Positions 1-11,573 of a stretch of 64,000 bases of DNA are shown here, piece after piece; positions within the stretch are counted from its first letter, which is position 1; each line of letters opens with the position of its first letter. Below the pieces are notes generated by a model that saw only the letters and a list, made by a program, of their open reading frames with translations, was not told the DNA's origin and did no database searches. The position numbers and the translations under genes were made by a program. Source of the stretch: Podospora anserina (taxonomy: Eukaryota); NCBI GenBank assembly GCA_017654855.1, contig CM030338.1, forward strand, positions 2,356,001 through 2,420,000. The letters are read 5' to 3'.

Positions 1-3000
1 CTAGAAGACGTCATTGCAACCTCGGGGTAAGAGAGGTGGAGATGGCTTTTATGGATTCGCAGAAGAGCCGTATTCCCAGTGAATACAGGATCCGCCCGTG
101 ATAAGGGAAGCTTGACGGTCGTGGAACCGTCGTGGTGGCTGCGGGGAAGTCGGCGCCTTTATACGGGACGCAAACGAGAGTGGAAGCCTGCCCACACAGG
201 TCCGTGGCACTCGAGCGATTGGGGGTCCGAAAGGATAGTGGGCTGTTGCCGATAGCCTCGAATGCAGTAGAAGTGATGCAGCAGCAGAGGATGCCGAGAG
301 AACAGCGCAAAAGGCTATGTGTGCCGTCTATAGATCATGGATATACACCGTGGGTATCTCGATAAGAAAGTCGCAGTAGACACCAGAGAGGTTGAGCTTC
401 AGAGGCAGGAGCGTCAGTCAGTCAGTCAGTCAGTCAGCCAGCCAGCGCAAGAGGCATCAGAAGTGGGAAGCAGTTGGAAAAAAGGGCAAGTGGGGGCAGG
501 GTCGGAGAAGTTGTAAGGCTGATGATGATGGGTTACCACACACACAGCCCACTCGCACCCACCCAAGCAAGCACGGCAAAGCTTCAGGTAATTGTATAAT
601 TGTCCACCTGAAGCCGGAGCCGAGAGGCCAAGGGAACGGCGAGGACAAAAGGTAAAGAACAGGAGAACCTGAGCTGGCGGCGAATTGTACTGTGTTGCAG
701 ACGGGTGTGCAACATGCAAGCACTTACCGCACGTTATTAATTGGCTTCTCTAGCCCGCCGACACACGTCCTCTCTCCCTCACAAGCTCTCTCGGGTTGCG
801 CGGGGACGGGGGCAGCCTGTGCTGTCGTTTATGCACCGGATTCCGGCGGCCAGCGAATAGGTGCTGTTGCGGCCGTCGTCGGTCATATGTGTGTGTACGG
901 AAGACGGGACGGTGGGTGGGCGGTCGCTCGCTCGCTCGAAACTATCTGATTGTCTTGGTATCCGGAGCTGTGGGTGGGTAGGTAGGTAGTTAAAGCTACC
1001 GTAGGTATTTGGGAGGAGGAGGAATGGCCAGGTTAGGTTAGGTTAGGCTAGGCAAGGTAAAGCAGGTCGGCAGGACGAGGCAGAGGGTGAGGCGAGTTTG
1101 CGTGTTTGCGAGTGTACGGGGGAAGAGTCGAGGAGGCTGCTCTGCTAAGAAGTAGTAAAGTGAATGGCGGTGTTTTGGACTTGTGTGGTCGAAGAATGGA
1201 TGCGATGGTGCTCGGTGGAATGTAGCCAGACCCAGGGATGGCTCTGGTGCGGAGGATGGGCGAGCCACGGGCAGAAGCCAAAAGCGGGTCGGGGAGGGGC
1301 CCTGCTTTTGCTGCTTGGTGCCAGGTGCTGGGTGCTGGGTGGGTGTGGGTTGATCTGGGATGAGATGGAGATGGGGATTCGCGACGGGGGTTGGAGGGAT
1401 TGGCCTTGATGCGCGGCGTTGAGACGAAAGGAGAACGGTCGGACAGGGCTCCAGTGCAGGGCTTGCAGGGCAGTTTTGGCGGTTTTGCGGGTGTTGCGCA
1501 GGAGAAGCTCCCAGCTACGACAAGGGAGGAGTGGGGAACGCTAAGATCTTAGCGGAGTCGAGTCAACCCTGTGGCTCCTTTTTTTAGGGCGCTACCGACC
1601 ACCCGACGGCAGGGGAGGGGTCCAGTCTTTTTTTTGTTTTTTTTGACGTCGCTCGTTGCTCCTGTTGCTCTCTGTTGCTGCAGGTCACGATGCACGCGAT
1701 CAACTTCAGACGGTCATTATTTTATGGTGGTCTATTGGGGGTTGGGTGTGATATGCCAGCTGCTTCGTGTAGATAGAGATGGGAGCGTCAATCTACCTAT
1801 CTTATCAGGTAGGTCAAAGAGAGCTATCCATATCCATATCGATATCCATATCCATATCCATATCCACACCATTACGTAGACGTCTCTAGACGGAACCTCA
1901 AAAGTTGCTCTACGTCGTCGATCGTTGCTCCCACCCGCGATTAGGTAGAGATAGTTTTAGATACACGGTCCCCACTCAAGACCGGTGGAGCCCTACCTAC
2001 AAGCGACCAACTGTTATACCTGACTCCCGAACCGGAGCTTGAAAAGGGCACCGTGTGCCTCACTAGCCCAAGGACTCGTCAGTCGAGGCTCCAAGGGCAC
2101 AGCAATAGCTGATGGGTGGCATCGGACCAGAAGCGTGTTTCGGCAGCGTGGTCAGCGCCGTTTCCAAGGTCGCCAACAAGGCCTTTCTCTTTCTTTCTCT
2201 GTCTCCAGAAATGCGAGCGGCAAACCGTGTGAGAGGGGAAGTGGAGGAGTAGAGAGGGGCCTTTTCCGGGGATGGAAGGGCACCTATCCGGGGCCGCTCA
2301 CCAGCGCACCTCAGTCCCTCAGTCCTTCGAGGTAGCATGACGACGGCGATGTGCTAGTGGCTGTGTGAATGTATCGCCGGTGCAACCGGGGCCTTGAGGG
2401 TGTTTTCTTGAGCACTTTTTCTTTTGCTTCTTTTTTCTCTCTTGTTGTCTATTTTCCTTTCTGTTGGCTCGATGGTTGCCTCATGCCCTACACTATATCA
2501 TAGCAATTAATTGTCTAGGCCTTCTTGGGCAGTTGGCACCGTGTGCGCAAGCCACTTTGCGGACTGTGTGTTCCAATCAGCGGCATCGAACACATGCACC
2601 GAGCGCCCAGCAGATGCTCCCTCGGTGCCGTGCCTCCTCCCACTGTTGGCTTTCCCTTTTCCATGCCAAAGTCCAATCGTCTTCCGGCCGAGATTTGATG
2701 CCACACGATGGGCGATCCGCAAGGCCGCTGATCTCGCGGCCGAGTCCCTCGTTAACTAACGCCCTTCTTTGTTTTGCTCAGGCCTCTCTGCGTTGTTAGC
2801 TCGAATCTCGAACACTCTTGATGAGGCCCTCAGAGCCAATACGTTTCGAAACGCCCCGTTCTCGGCCACAAAGCAATTGTTGAAAAGTCGGCCGTTTCGG
2901 ACAAATAGACAATGGGGGGCGACCGAACCCTGGCCTGACTGAACGCTGCCAACTTGACCTCCTGGTTCAGAGACAAAATTCGTACACCGTGGTGCACCGT

Positions 3001-6000
3001 TGCACTTGGGGCCATGTGCGGAATGCTTGTGCTTGTCTGGCGTCATTTGTCACCAGCAAACAGTCTCTTGCGCGTGCATATGCTGGCCGTCTCCATTTTG
3101 GTTAACGGATATTAAGGGGGTAAGAGAGGGTTCGCCACAAAAACCGGCCGTGGTCACGAATGGCACCATCGTGGGATGCAGGGACACAGTGTTCACCCAA
3201 AAGCACACCCTTGGCGCCTTCACCGGTATGGATGCGACAAGGGAATGGCAATGTGCAGAATATTGCACCGGTCTGATAAACAGAATCTCGATAGCTTCGA
3301 GGTAAGGGATGCTGTCTCTATATCAAGCTCCTCTGCCCTCGTGGAATGCCTTCATCTCCGTTGTCATCGACGGGCCGAGAAGCACGAACGAGATCACCGT
3401 CCGGTGTCTCGCCGCTTCCCGCCCGCAAACTCCTCCCCTGACTGGCCCAGCTCGATGGCGATGCGCCTCCCAGCAGCCGGATCCGGGGAAGACCAGACGA
3501 GCTTGGTGTTCCCACCTTGTCATACCTACCCGATCCAGTGGCAGGCCATCCGTGTGTATAAATGTGCGCCATCTGTGATCCTTCCAAACAAGCAAGCGCC
3601 AGTACACATCTTGTCACACACTCCAACCTCACCCTCTTTGCCCCAGGCGTGCTTCTCTTAGGTTCCTTCCCGGGAGAGGCATGCGACCCTCTTCCTTTTG
3701 GGGTTTATGCTGAAAGGTGTGTATGTGTTGTTAAGTTGTTGGGTTTGGCCCCCAAGGCCCCATGTTCAGCCGACCACTCGGGGCCTCTTACCCGGCCGCC
3801 GTTGATGGCCTTTGTTTCAGGAAAGGGGGAAACAATTGCGGCTGCCGGCAGCACGCAGGAAATAGAACAATCTAGCGTGTACATTCCGTGGAACGACCAT
3901 CTGTTGACTGAGATGCTCGGGTAGCTGACTCATTTGACAGGCAAGACGTCGCAGTGAAAGCCGCAGGGCCCCCCAGCGCTGGCCATGTGCGGCCGGACTG
4001 CCGTGCAGTTGTTCGTTTCCACTCTGGAAAAGCGCCCGATGTCCGGCACCGAACCCGTATCTTCCCCAGCCTCTTGCCCGGTGCCGGTCTTGGCCATTAT
4101 CAGCAAGCCGACATCTGCCAGCATGCAGAGTCTGCTGGCATCTCCCAACCGCACCACCCCGTTGCCGTCCTGACCTTTCCATCGCTGTAACCATGCTTAG
4201 CTGGCTTCCAGGTTCTCCTAATTAGATGGTTGAACAATGTCAGTCTGAGACATCGGTAGCACATTTTTGTTTTGCTGGCTTTGCCAAACACCCTTCATCT
4301 GGCAATATGGCTCGACGCGCTCGTGTGCCATAACACAAGACAGACCTGCTTCGCTGGCAGGTTGCCACAGGTTGTGCTCGGGTCTGAGAGCCGGTATCAC
4401 GGCTCCCTGCATCGCCAGCAACCAAGAGGGAGGTCTGGCCGGGTGAGAACGTCATCTACCCGGGTATAATGGTCCTCGACGTGCCCGCTGGCTGGGCTCT
4501 GTTGCTTCCAGTTGGGTATTTCTATCCATGGGCCATCGCCAAGACACCCATCGACGGTATGCTTCCACGTTTCCCGCAGCAGCACAATATCGTCCAATTG
4601 TCATATCCTCAAGTTCCTTTGGGGTTGTGCATGCAGTGTCCGATAGGTTGATATCACGGGAATGTTTCACACCTCGTTGACGACTTGCAGTTTCACCGCC
4701 CTTTGGGAAATTATCTGACATCAACAGATTGCTCGAGATCGGAAGCAAAGTTGTCGAAAGACTTCTGGGTCGCCCGACGGCTGTCTTTTCTTTCTTGGGA
4801 ACCGAACTTGACATACTGTGTGGGAGGGCCTTCTTGTAGCTTGGTAAGTGGTAAGTCATGATTGTGGCAGATGGCCCCATATATGCTGAGATTAGGTTGA
4901 TGAACATTCGCTTACTATACATTAGATACTGATCAGTGAGCACACCAGCCTGAATGGTGTTCCGGAACCATGTGACATATTCATGTCACTTCGAGATCAC
5001 CGTGGCGTCATATCACAGTTCCGATCTTTCTGAGCTGTTCACAGCACCTTGGCAAGGTGTGAGGTTGCCGCCGAGGGCAGTCAGCCTGGCGATAGAGGTG
5101 TGCTCCTGGTGAGGTAGCATTGTCGAAGAGGCGCCAAACTTTGGTCCGGGCTGTCAGGGAGAAGAGCCGGGTTGGCGACAGCGAGGTGGAGAGGGTGTCG
5201 GGTTCTAGAACCTTTCATATATATATGTAAGAGATTGGCCGGTTGTCGGCTGCCGGCAACACCGTGGCCCGTTGGATGGTGATAATCAAGGCATTGTTTT
5301 GATAATCTCTCATCTCGAAATGGCTGAGGTGAAGATCGTGTTTGGACCAACATGAACTGTCAACCCCACACAATTTCGCCGGCGCACCCACCTCCAGCAC
5401 GACGTTTCCGCACCTTTTCAGCGAACCGCTTGGCAGGGGTATGGCGCTTCCAAGATTGGGCCCACCGGATACGAGAGACATTATTGGTGTGTGCCTGATT
5501 ACGGTGGAGTTCTCGTGAGTGGTTCATCCCAATCGGGACATGGCGTTGATTTCGCTAGCGCTCGCTACATCCCCTGAAGGCAGTGCTGACCGCAACTACT
5601 TGTGCCAGGCCTCGCGCCTTGCCTGGCCGTCTCGTCCATCTCCTCTTTTTCCTTCATCGTCGACGTCAAAGCTTGGGGACTGCTTCACACAGTCGTTCTT
5701 TCGATCACTCTCTTTTCCACCACTCCTCCCGCCCTCAGGGAAACCCTATAGGTATCGGCTTCATTCTTTCAGCCGTTCCGTCCAGTCATTTTTGTTGATG
5801 CAGTCCCTGTGACACAACACGAGGAAGTAGAGTAAAAGTAATTACACGCGCGGTTGTGAGTTGAAGTTGATCTACTTGATATGTATCTACAACACCGCTA
5901 ATATTCTCTCTCTACAGCTCCCGGCAGCTCGTATATACCGACCGCCATTTACATTCCTTACGTCTGGCTTTAGGTCTCACAACACCACCGCCACAACCAC

Positions 6001-6004
6001 CACA

Positions 6005-6541
6005 ATGGACTCATTCACACACATCGTCCGCCGGGGTCTCGACACCGGCGACAACGAGACAACCGTCGATATCCTCATCGCACTTCTCGCTCTTACTTTT
6101 TGCGGCTTGCTGGCTTTCTCCCTTTTGGTGCTGATGCGGAGGATGCGGAGGCAGAAGCAGATGTTGGACGAGACCCTCCCCCAATACCATGATGTCAAGA
6201 AGTCGGGCAACCACAGACGTCTCACCATCGAAACCGGCAACGGCCGACAAAGCGTCATTGTCTTCAACAATGGCGCCTCGCCCATGCTTGCCAACCCCCG
6301 ATCGCCTCCCCACTCCCCCGACAACGTTCCCCAGATTCACATCACCTTCCCCGACGAGCAGGACGACCAAGGCAGGCCAAAGAGCGGCCGTGTGGTTGTC
6401 GTCCGTGTTGGCGAGACCACCGTTGGCCTCGAGCCCCTCAACGACGAGCAACTCCCCGCCTATGAGAAGGAAAGCAGCACGCAGTTCTACTCGGTGGACA
6501 TTGAGAAGATTGGCGGACTCAAGGAGAAGGAGTTCCGCTAA
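6005..6541 (+). CDS. Small single-pass membrane protein of unknown function (~178 aa)
   Basis: ATG at 6005 in good context (ACAATGG). One hydrophobic segment (ILIALLALTFCGLLAFSLLVLM) is followed by basic RRMRRQK, then a C-terminal region (VPQIHITFPDE...GRVVVVRVGE...LPAYEK). Codon usage is coding-like, with a probable 5'UTR intron acceptor at ~5917. Confidence 0.75.
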   Translation: MDSFTHIVRRGLDTGDNETTVDILIALLALTFCGLLAFSLLVLMRRMRRQKQMLDETLPQYHDVKKSGNHRRLTIETGNGRQSVIVFNNGASPMLANPRSPPHSPDNVPQIHITFPDEQDDQGRPKSGRVVVVRVGETTVGLEPLNDEQLPAYEKESSTQFYSVDIEKIGGLKEKEFR

Positions 6542-7818
6542 ACTACAACATGTTACCACTCAAACAATGGGAACCAACAACAAACATGAAGGCTCATTCG
6601 CGCACACAAACGACGAGCCGGACTTTTTAATGATTTGATGGGCGACTGGAGTTTGTGAGAAAAACGGGACCGGGCACGAAAATTATACCATACATACCTT
6701 CCTTCTGCAGAAAACACCGGCCTTGCTGTTTTCTTCCACTTGTCTATTTATTCAATTCGAGGGTCTCTGAGGGCACCCAGCTTCCAAACACTTTCGACAC
6801 AATTCAGCTTGGAGAGGATAACCTGATGCGCGCAGGCTGGCTTAACGGGAGCATGGGGGGAGCACACCAGATGTGCCCGCTATATAGATAGATGCTATGA
6901 TGGTGCCAACGGGTAGCAACCGCGTACATTCACACACACACACACATTATGGAGTACTCTTTTTTTTTCAATGTTTTTCGGTGGGAGGATCAACGTACAT
7001 ACTTGGGGTGCATTGCTGATCGGGCAGCGTTTCGATGGCGGGTTTGTGGCATTTCTCTAACCGTCACCTCGGTCATTCTAGTATTGTATAATTAAATATA
7101 CGATGCCTGCCGCGAGGCGGGCGTTTTTGAACGGTCTCGCAACTGTCCATGATCGACCGTTTGTGGGATACTGGTATGGGGCCGAGCATCCCCCGACGGT
7201 TTTTTTTGTTTTGACGTTTCTCGCTTGTTGCTTTGCTTTCCAGGTTTCCATGCTTGCCGAAAGGAAGCGTTGTTTCCTTCCGAGGCGAGATGATGATCAT
7301 AATTCTCCTATTGGATCGGTCTAGATGCTGATTCAGGAGGTGGCATGTGTAAATCAAGGGTTAGGGTAGTTGCGCCAACAAATGACGACGGCCTGAGGAT
7401 TTTGCTGGGAGACACGGGGAGGAGGAGCTGCCAAACAAAGCTGTGGAGATGGTTTTGCTTTCTGGAAGCTCCAAAAATCAACAGCTTGCCAGTTGGCATT
7501 TCGTCGCCGTTCAAATGGCGCATTCTTCTTACCTGTCTCGTTGAACAAAAGTTCCGTATCCTCTCGCCTTGTCGACGGCCTTTTTCTTTGGCTCTACTCT
7601 TTTTTGTTGTAATAACCTCGATACGTGGGAGATCTCACCCGTTCTTTATCTTTGAACCTATTTTCTTTTGCTTCTTCAACTCTTCGCAATTCGACATCCA
7701 ATCGTATAACCCACCCATCACCCCTTAATCGCATTCTATCAGATCTCTTACCCCTGACGACAACCCCACGACGACATCGACACGCGCGCGCGCGAAAGCG
7801 CCACCATAAACCTTCACA

Positions 7819-10800
7819 ATGCCACCACCCCAACCAACCCCGAAAAAAGCGGTTCCCGCCCCCGATTACAAGACGCTCAAATCCCAATGGGACGCCGCCA
7901 AGCGCAAAAAGGACGCGGAAGATGCGACCAAAAAAGCCGTCAAAGACCAAGCCGTCACCGCCGTAGAACCCAACAACACGGACGAGATCAAGCTCCGCGA
8001 ACTCCGACGAGCAGCCCTCGAAGGTCGCCGCAAAAAGGCGTACCAATCCCGCTGGGCATGGACGGCCGGGTTCTGGGTCTGGATGCTAGCCATCCACCTC
8101 GTCGGGCTGGGGTACTTCACCAGCGGCTTCCTCCTCACAAGACTGCAACTGGACGATAAATCCCTCTGCGACGTCTCTCCCGCAGGGCAAGAAGGGGGGA
8201 TCTTGCCAGCCTGGCCAGGAAAGGGGACCCCAGAAGGAGGATGCTGGCACCCCAAGACCTTCGACAAGGCAGTGGTGGTGTTGATCGACGCGTTGAGATA
8301 CGACTTTACCGTTCCCGTGGACGACAACGCCGAGTTTCACAACCGGTTCCCGTTCATGTACGAGACCGCTGTTCGGGAGCCGAACAAGGCTTTTTTGCGG
8401 CCGTTTATTGCCGATCCGCCCACGAGTACGCTGCAGAGGTTGAAGGGGTTGACGACGGGGACGCTGCCTACTTTTATTGATGTGGGGAGCAGCTTTTCGG
8501 GGACGGCGGTGGAGGAGGATAATTTGTTGGGGCAGCTGAGGGGGGCCGGGAAGAGGGTGGTGCACTTGGGGGATGACACTTGGGAGAGTCTTTTTCCGGG
8601 GTATTTTGAGGGGAATCTGAGCAGGCCGTATGATAGTTTTAATGTGTGGGATCTGCACACGGTGGATGAGGGTGTTATTGAGCATATCTTTCCGTTGATG
8701 GAGGAGGGGAGGAAGGGGGAGTGGGATGTGGTGATTGGGCATTTGTTGGGGGTGGATCATGCGGGACATCGGTATGGGCCTGAGCATCCCGAGATGGGGA
8801 GGAAGTTGAGGCAGATGGATGGGTTTGTGAGGGATCTGGCGGGGAAGATTGACGAGAGGACGGTGTTGATTGTGATGGGAGATCACGGGATGGATAGTAA
8901 GGGGGATCATGGGGGGGAGAGCGATGATGAGGTGCAGGCGGCGCTTTGGATGTACTCGCCAAAGGGGGGTTTTGGGAGGACGAAGCCTGAGTTTGCGGTC
9001 CCGCCGGCTACTGCGGTGGAGAGGCCGGTGAACCAGATTGATTTAGTGCCGACTTTGGCGCTGATGATGGGTATTCCTATTCCTTTCAATAATTTGGGGC
9101 GTCCTATCGAGGAGGTCTTTGCTGGTCCTCGCGGCAATTCTTGGAATAATTTGGCTGCGGCTGAAAGGGTTGCGGCTGCTGGTGTCAAGCGGTATCAGGC
9201 CTCCTATTTTGCTGCCAGAGGCATGGCTGAGGAACCTGCTTCTACCCCCGGCTCGCCGGCTGATCTTTGGGACAAGGCTGAGGGTCTGGTTTCCAAGGGC
9301 AACTGGGTTGCTGTCTATTCTGCTTTTGCCGAGTACCAAAGGGAGACTCTGGCTCGCTGCAAGAGCCTTTGGGCGCAGTTCAACATCAAGAACATGATTC
9401 TTGGAATCGCCGTCATGGGATTCGGTGTTCTTACCCTGCTAGTCTACGTCTCCAAGGGAGCCGAGGATGATGAGGCTGTTGATGACCCTGAGCTGGACGA
9501 TGCTGAAAAGAGCCTGGAGATTATGGGCGTCATTCCTGACTCGGAGCTGCCGTTGGAGAATGTTCTCGAGAGGAAACTTGTTGCTGCTGCTTTCCTTGGC
9601 GCAGTTCCGGGCCTTATTGGCGGTGCTCTCCATGCTTACCTCAAGGGCACGGGCGACTATTACCGCGGTGCTGCCATGGCCGCCCTCACCAGCATTGCCA
9701 CTGTCGGTGTGTCGCTCTACGAAATCAAGGAGACCCTCCGGACTCTTGTTCCATCCACAATTTGGGGGTGGATGGCAGCAGTGTTCACTCTCAGCCAGTC
9801 TATCGGCTTCGCTTCCAACTCGTACACAATCTGGGAGGACTCTATTCTGCTCTTCTTCATCACCACCTTTGGCTTCGTCACAGCCCTCTCCGCCCTGCGA
9901 ATCCAGTCCCTTGCCGACCGCTACATGGCCATCTACCACTCGATCCTCTTCGTGGTCCTCGGCCGCCTTGCCTCCGCCTCCAAGCTCTGCCGCGAAGAGC
10001 AAATGCCCTACTGCACATCAACCTACTACGCCTCCTCCACCTCGTCAACCTCTGCCCTCTGGCAGCTCGCCATCCCCTTCGCGGTGAGCCTGATCCTCCC
10101 CACAATCATCAAAGCCTACCTCCAACCCACCCGCTCCTACGAGGGCCTAGCCCCAGCCTGGATCGGGTACGTCTTCCGCACGGGTCTCTTCATGTCAGCC
10201 CTCTACTGGGTCCTCGACTCAGCCGACAACGGGAACTGGATCTCTGGCCTGCCCGAAAAAAAGCTCAAAAACCTCTCCGTCTACACCGCCCAGATGGTCC
10301 TCGGCCTGGCCTTTATAGCAGGAACAACAGCATTCATGTGGGCGCCCCCCTGCGTGAGCATCGTCACCTCAGCCTCGAAATCAACACCCACCCGGGCACA
10401 GGTCGCGATCTTGGGCTACGGCAACGCGCACGGGGCGCGGTACCTCCTCCTCCCGCTCAACTTCCTCGTCTCCCTAATCCTCCTCTCCAAACCCATGGGC
10501 GGCGGCGCGTTGGCCATTCTATTCTGGCAGATCCTCTCCCTCGTTGAAATCCTCGACTCGAACTCTTTGTCTGCAACCCCGATCGGACCAGTCATGCTCG
10601 CGATCCTGGGCTCGTTTCACTTTTTCAAGACGGGCCATCAGGCTGTGCTGTCGACCATTCAATGGGACTCCGCGTTCATCCCCCTTTTTTCCGTCCGCTA
10701 CCCTTGGTCACCCTTGGCAGTGGCGATGAACACCTTTGCGGCACAGATTCTCGCCACGGTTTGCGTCCCCCTCTTGGTGCTTTGGAAGGCGTCACCCAAG

Positions 10801-11055
10801 AAGAAGGGTGCGCTGGCGGAGACGAGCAAAAAGCTGGGGGCGTTTGTCGGTTTTTTCGCGGTGGAGGGGTGGATGAGTATGATGTGGGCGGGGCATTTGA
10901 GGAGGCATCTGATGCTTTATCGGGTGTTTATGCCGAGGTTTGCGACGGCGGGGGTGGTGTTGATTGTGGTGGACTTGGTGGCGTTGGGGGTGAGTTTGTT
11001 GGGGTTGAGGGGGAATACGGTGGCGATTGGGGAGGTTTTTGGGTGGGCTGAGTAA
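7819..11055 (+). CDS. GPI13: GPI ethanolamine phosphate transferase 3 (PIG-O/Gpi13)
   Basis: 1078-aa single ORF. Alkaline-phosphatase-superfamily motifs (VVLIDALRYDF, ADPPTSTLQRLKGLTTGTLPTFID, HLLGVDHAGH, MGDHGMD..GDHGG) followed by many TM segments and the C-terminal HLRRHLMLYRVFMPRF. Confidence 0.95.
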   Translation: MPPPQPTPKKAVPAPDYKTLKSQWDAAKRKKDAEDATKKAVKDQAVTAVEPNNTDEIKLRELRRAALEGRRKKAYQSRWAWTAGFWVWMLAIHLVGLGYFTSGFLLTRLQLDDKSLCDVSPAGQEGGILPAWPGKGTPEGGCWHPKTFDKAVVVLIDALRYDFTVPVDDNAEFHNRFPFMYETAVREPNKAFLRPFIADPPTSTLQRLKGLTTGTLPTFIDVGSSFSGTAVEEDNLLGQLRGAGKRVVHLGDDTWESLFPGYFEGNLSRPYDSFNVWDLHTVDEGVIEHIFPLMEEGRKGEWDVVIGHLLGVDHAGHRYGPEHPEMGRKLRQMDGFVRDLAGKIDERTVLIVMGDHGMDSKGDHGGESDDEVQAALWMYSPKGGFGRTKPEFAVPPATAVERPVNQIDLVPTLALMMGIPIPFNNLGRPIEEVFAGPRGNSWNNLAAAERVAAAGVKRYQASYFAARGMAEEPASTPGSPADLWDKAEGLVSKGNWVAVYSAFAEYQRETLARCKSLWAQFNIKNMILGIAVMGFGVLTLLVYVSKGAEDDEAVDDPELDDAEKSLEIMGVIPDSELPLENVLERKLVAAAFLGAVPGLIGGALHAYLKGTGDYYRGAAMAALTSIATVGVSLYEIKETLRTLVPSTIWGWMAAVFTLSQSIGFASNSYTIWEDSILLFFITTFGFVTALSALRIQSLADRYMAIYHSILFVVLGRLASASKLCREEQMPYCTSTYYASSTSSTSALWQLAIPFAVSLILPTIIKAYLQPTRSYEGLAPAWIGYVFRTGLFMSALYWVLDSADNGNWISGLPEKKLKNLSVYTAQMVLGLAFIAGTTAFMWAPPCVSIVTSASKSTPTRAQVAILGYGNAHGARYLLLPLNFLVSLILLSKPMGGGALAILFWQILSLVEILDSNSLSATPIGPVMLAILGSFHFFKTGHQAVLSTIQWDSAFIPLFSVRYPWSPLAVAMNTFAAQILATVCVPLLVLWKASPKKKGALAETSKKLGAFVGFFAVEGWMSMMWAGHLRRHLMLYRVFMPRFATAGVVLIVVDLVALGVSLLGLRGNTVAIGEVFGWAE

Positions 11056-11095
11056 GGGGGCAGGGGACGAGATGAAGAGGGGGAGAGAGAGAGAG

Positions 11096-11126
<31 letters not shown>

Positions 11127-11573
11127 AGGGAGGTGGTTGATTGGTTGTACACACATCACGGCAGGAGTCAAAAAGTTCTGCTTGGTACTTGGGGGTGTAT
11201 GGAACCTGAAAAGGGGTCTTGTTTCTTTTGTGTATAGTTGATGTAATGAACGGGATTGTATATAATTAATAGACTGTACGTCAAACTGAAAAGGCAGTTC
11301 TGTTGCTATGTTCGCTCATCACGATGTTGCTACTGAACACCTAATGAATGACAAGTTGTGTTTCCTTCCTGTCATGATACCAACACCACCTTTCCTGCCC
11401 CAAGACTTCCATGTTTCCTCTCCCTCGCAACATAATCCCTATTTATACCAATACCCACCCAACACATAAAAACACCAGCCATAAGCACACAAAAGAAAAA
11501 GACGCTCCATACCTATCAACGATATACTCAAAGGTATCAGCGCCGACCCCTTCTCTTTGCCTCCACCCTCTTC

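Noticed and set aside
1539-1554. Perfect 16-bp palindrome CGCTAAGATCTTAGCG
   Set aside because: About one such palindrome is expected by chance in 64 kb, and there is no supporting context.
3800-5500. Several 60-160 aa ORFs in the long intergenic region
   Set aside because: No codon bias, domain motif or coherent exon structure could be recognised.
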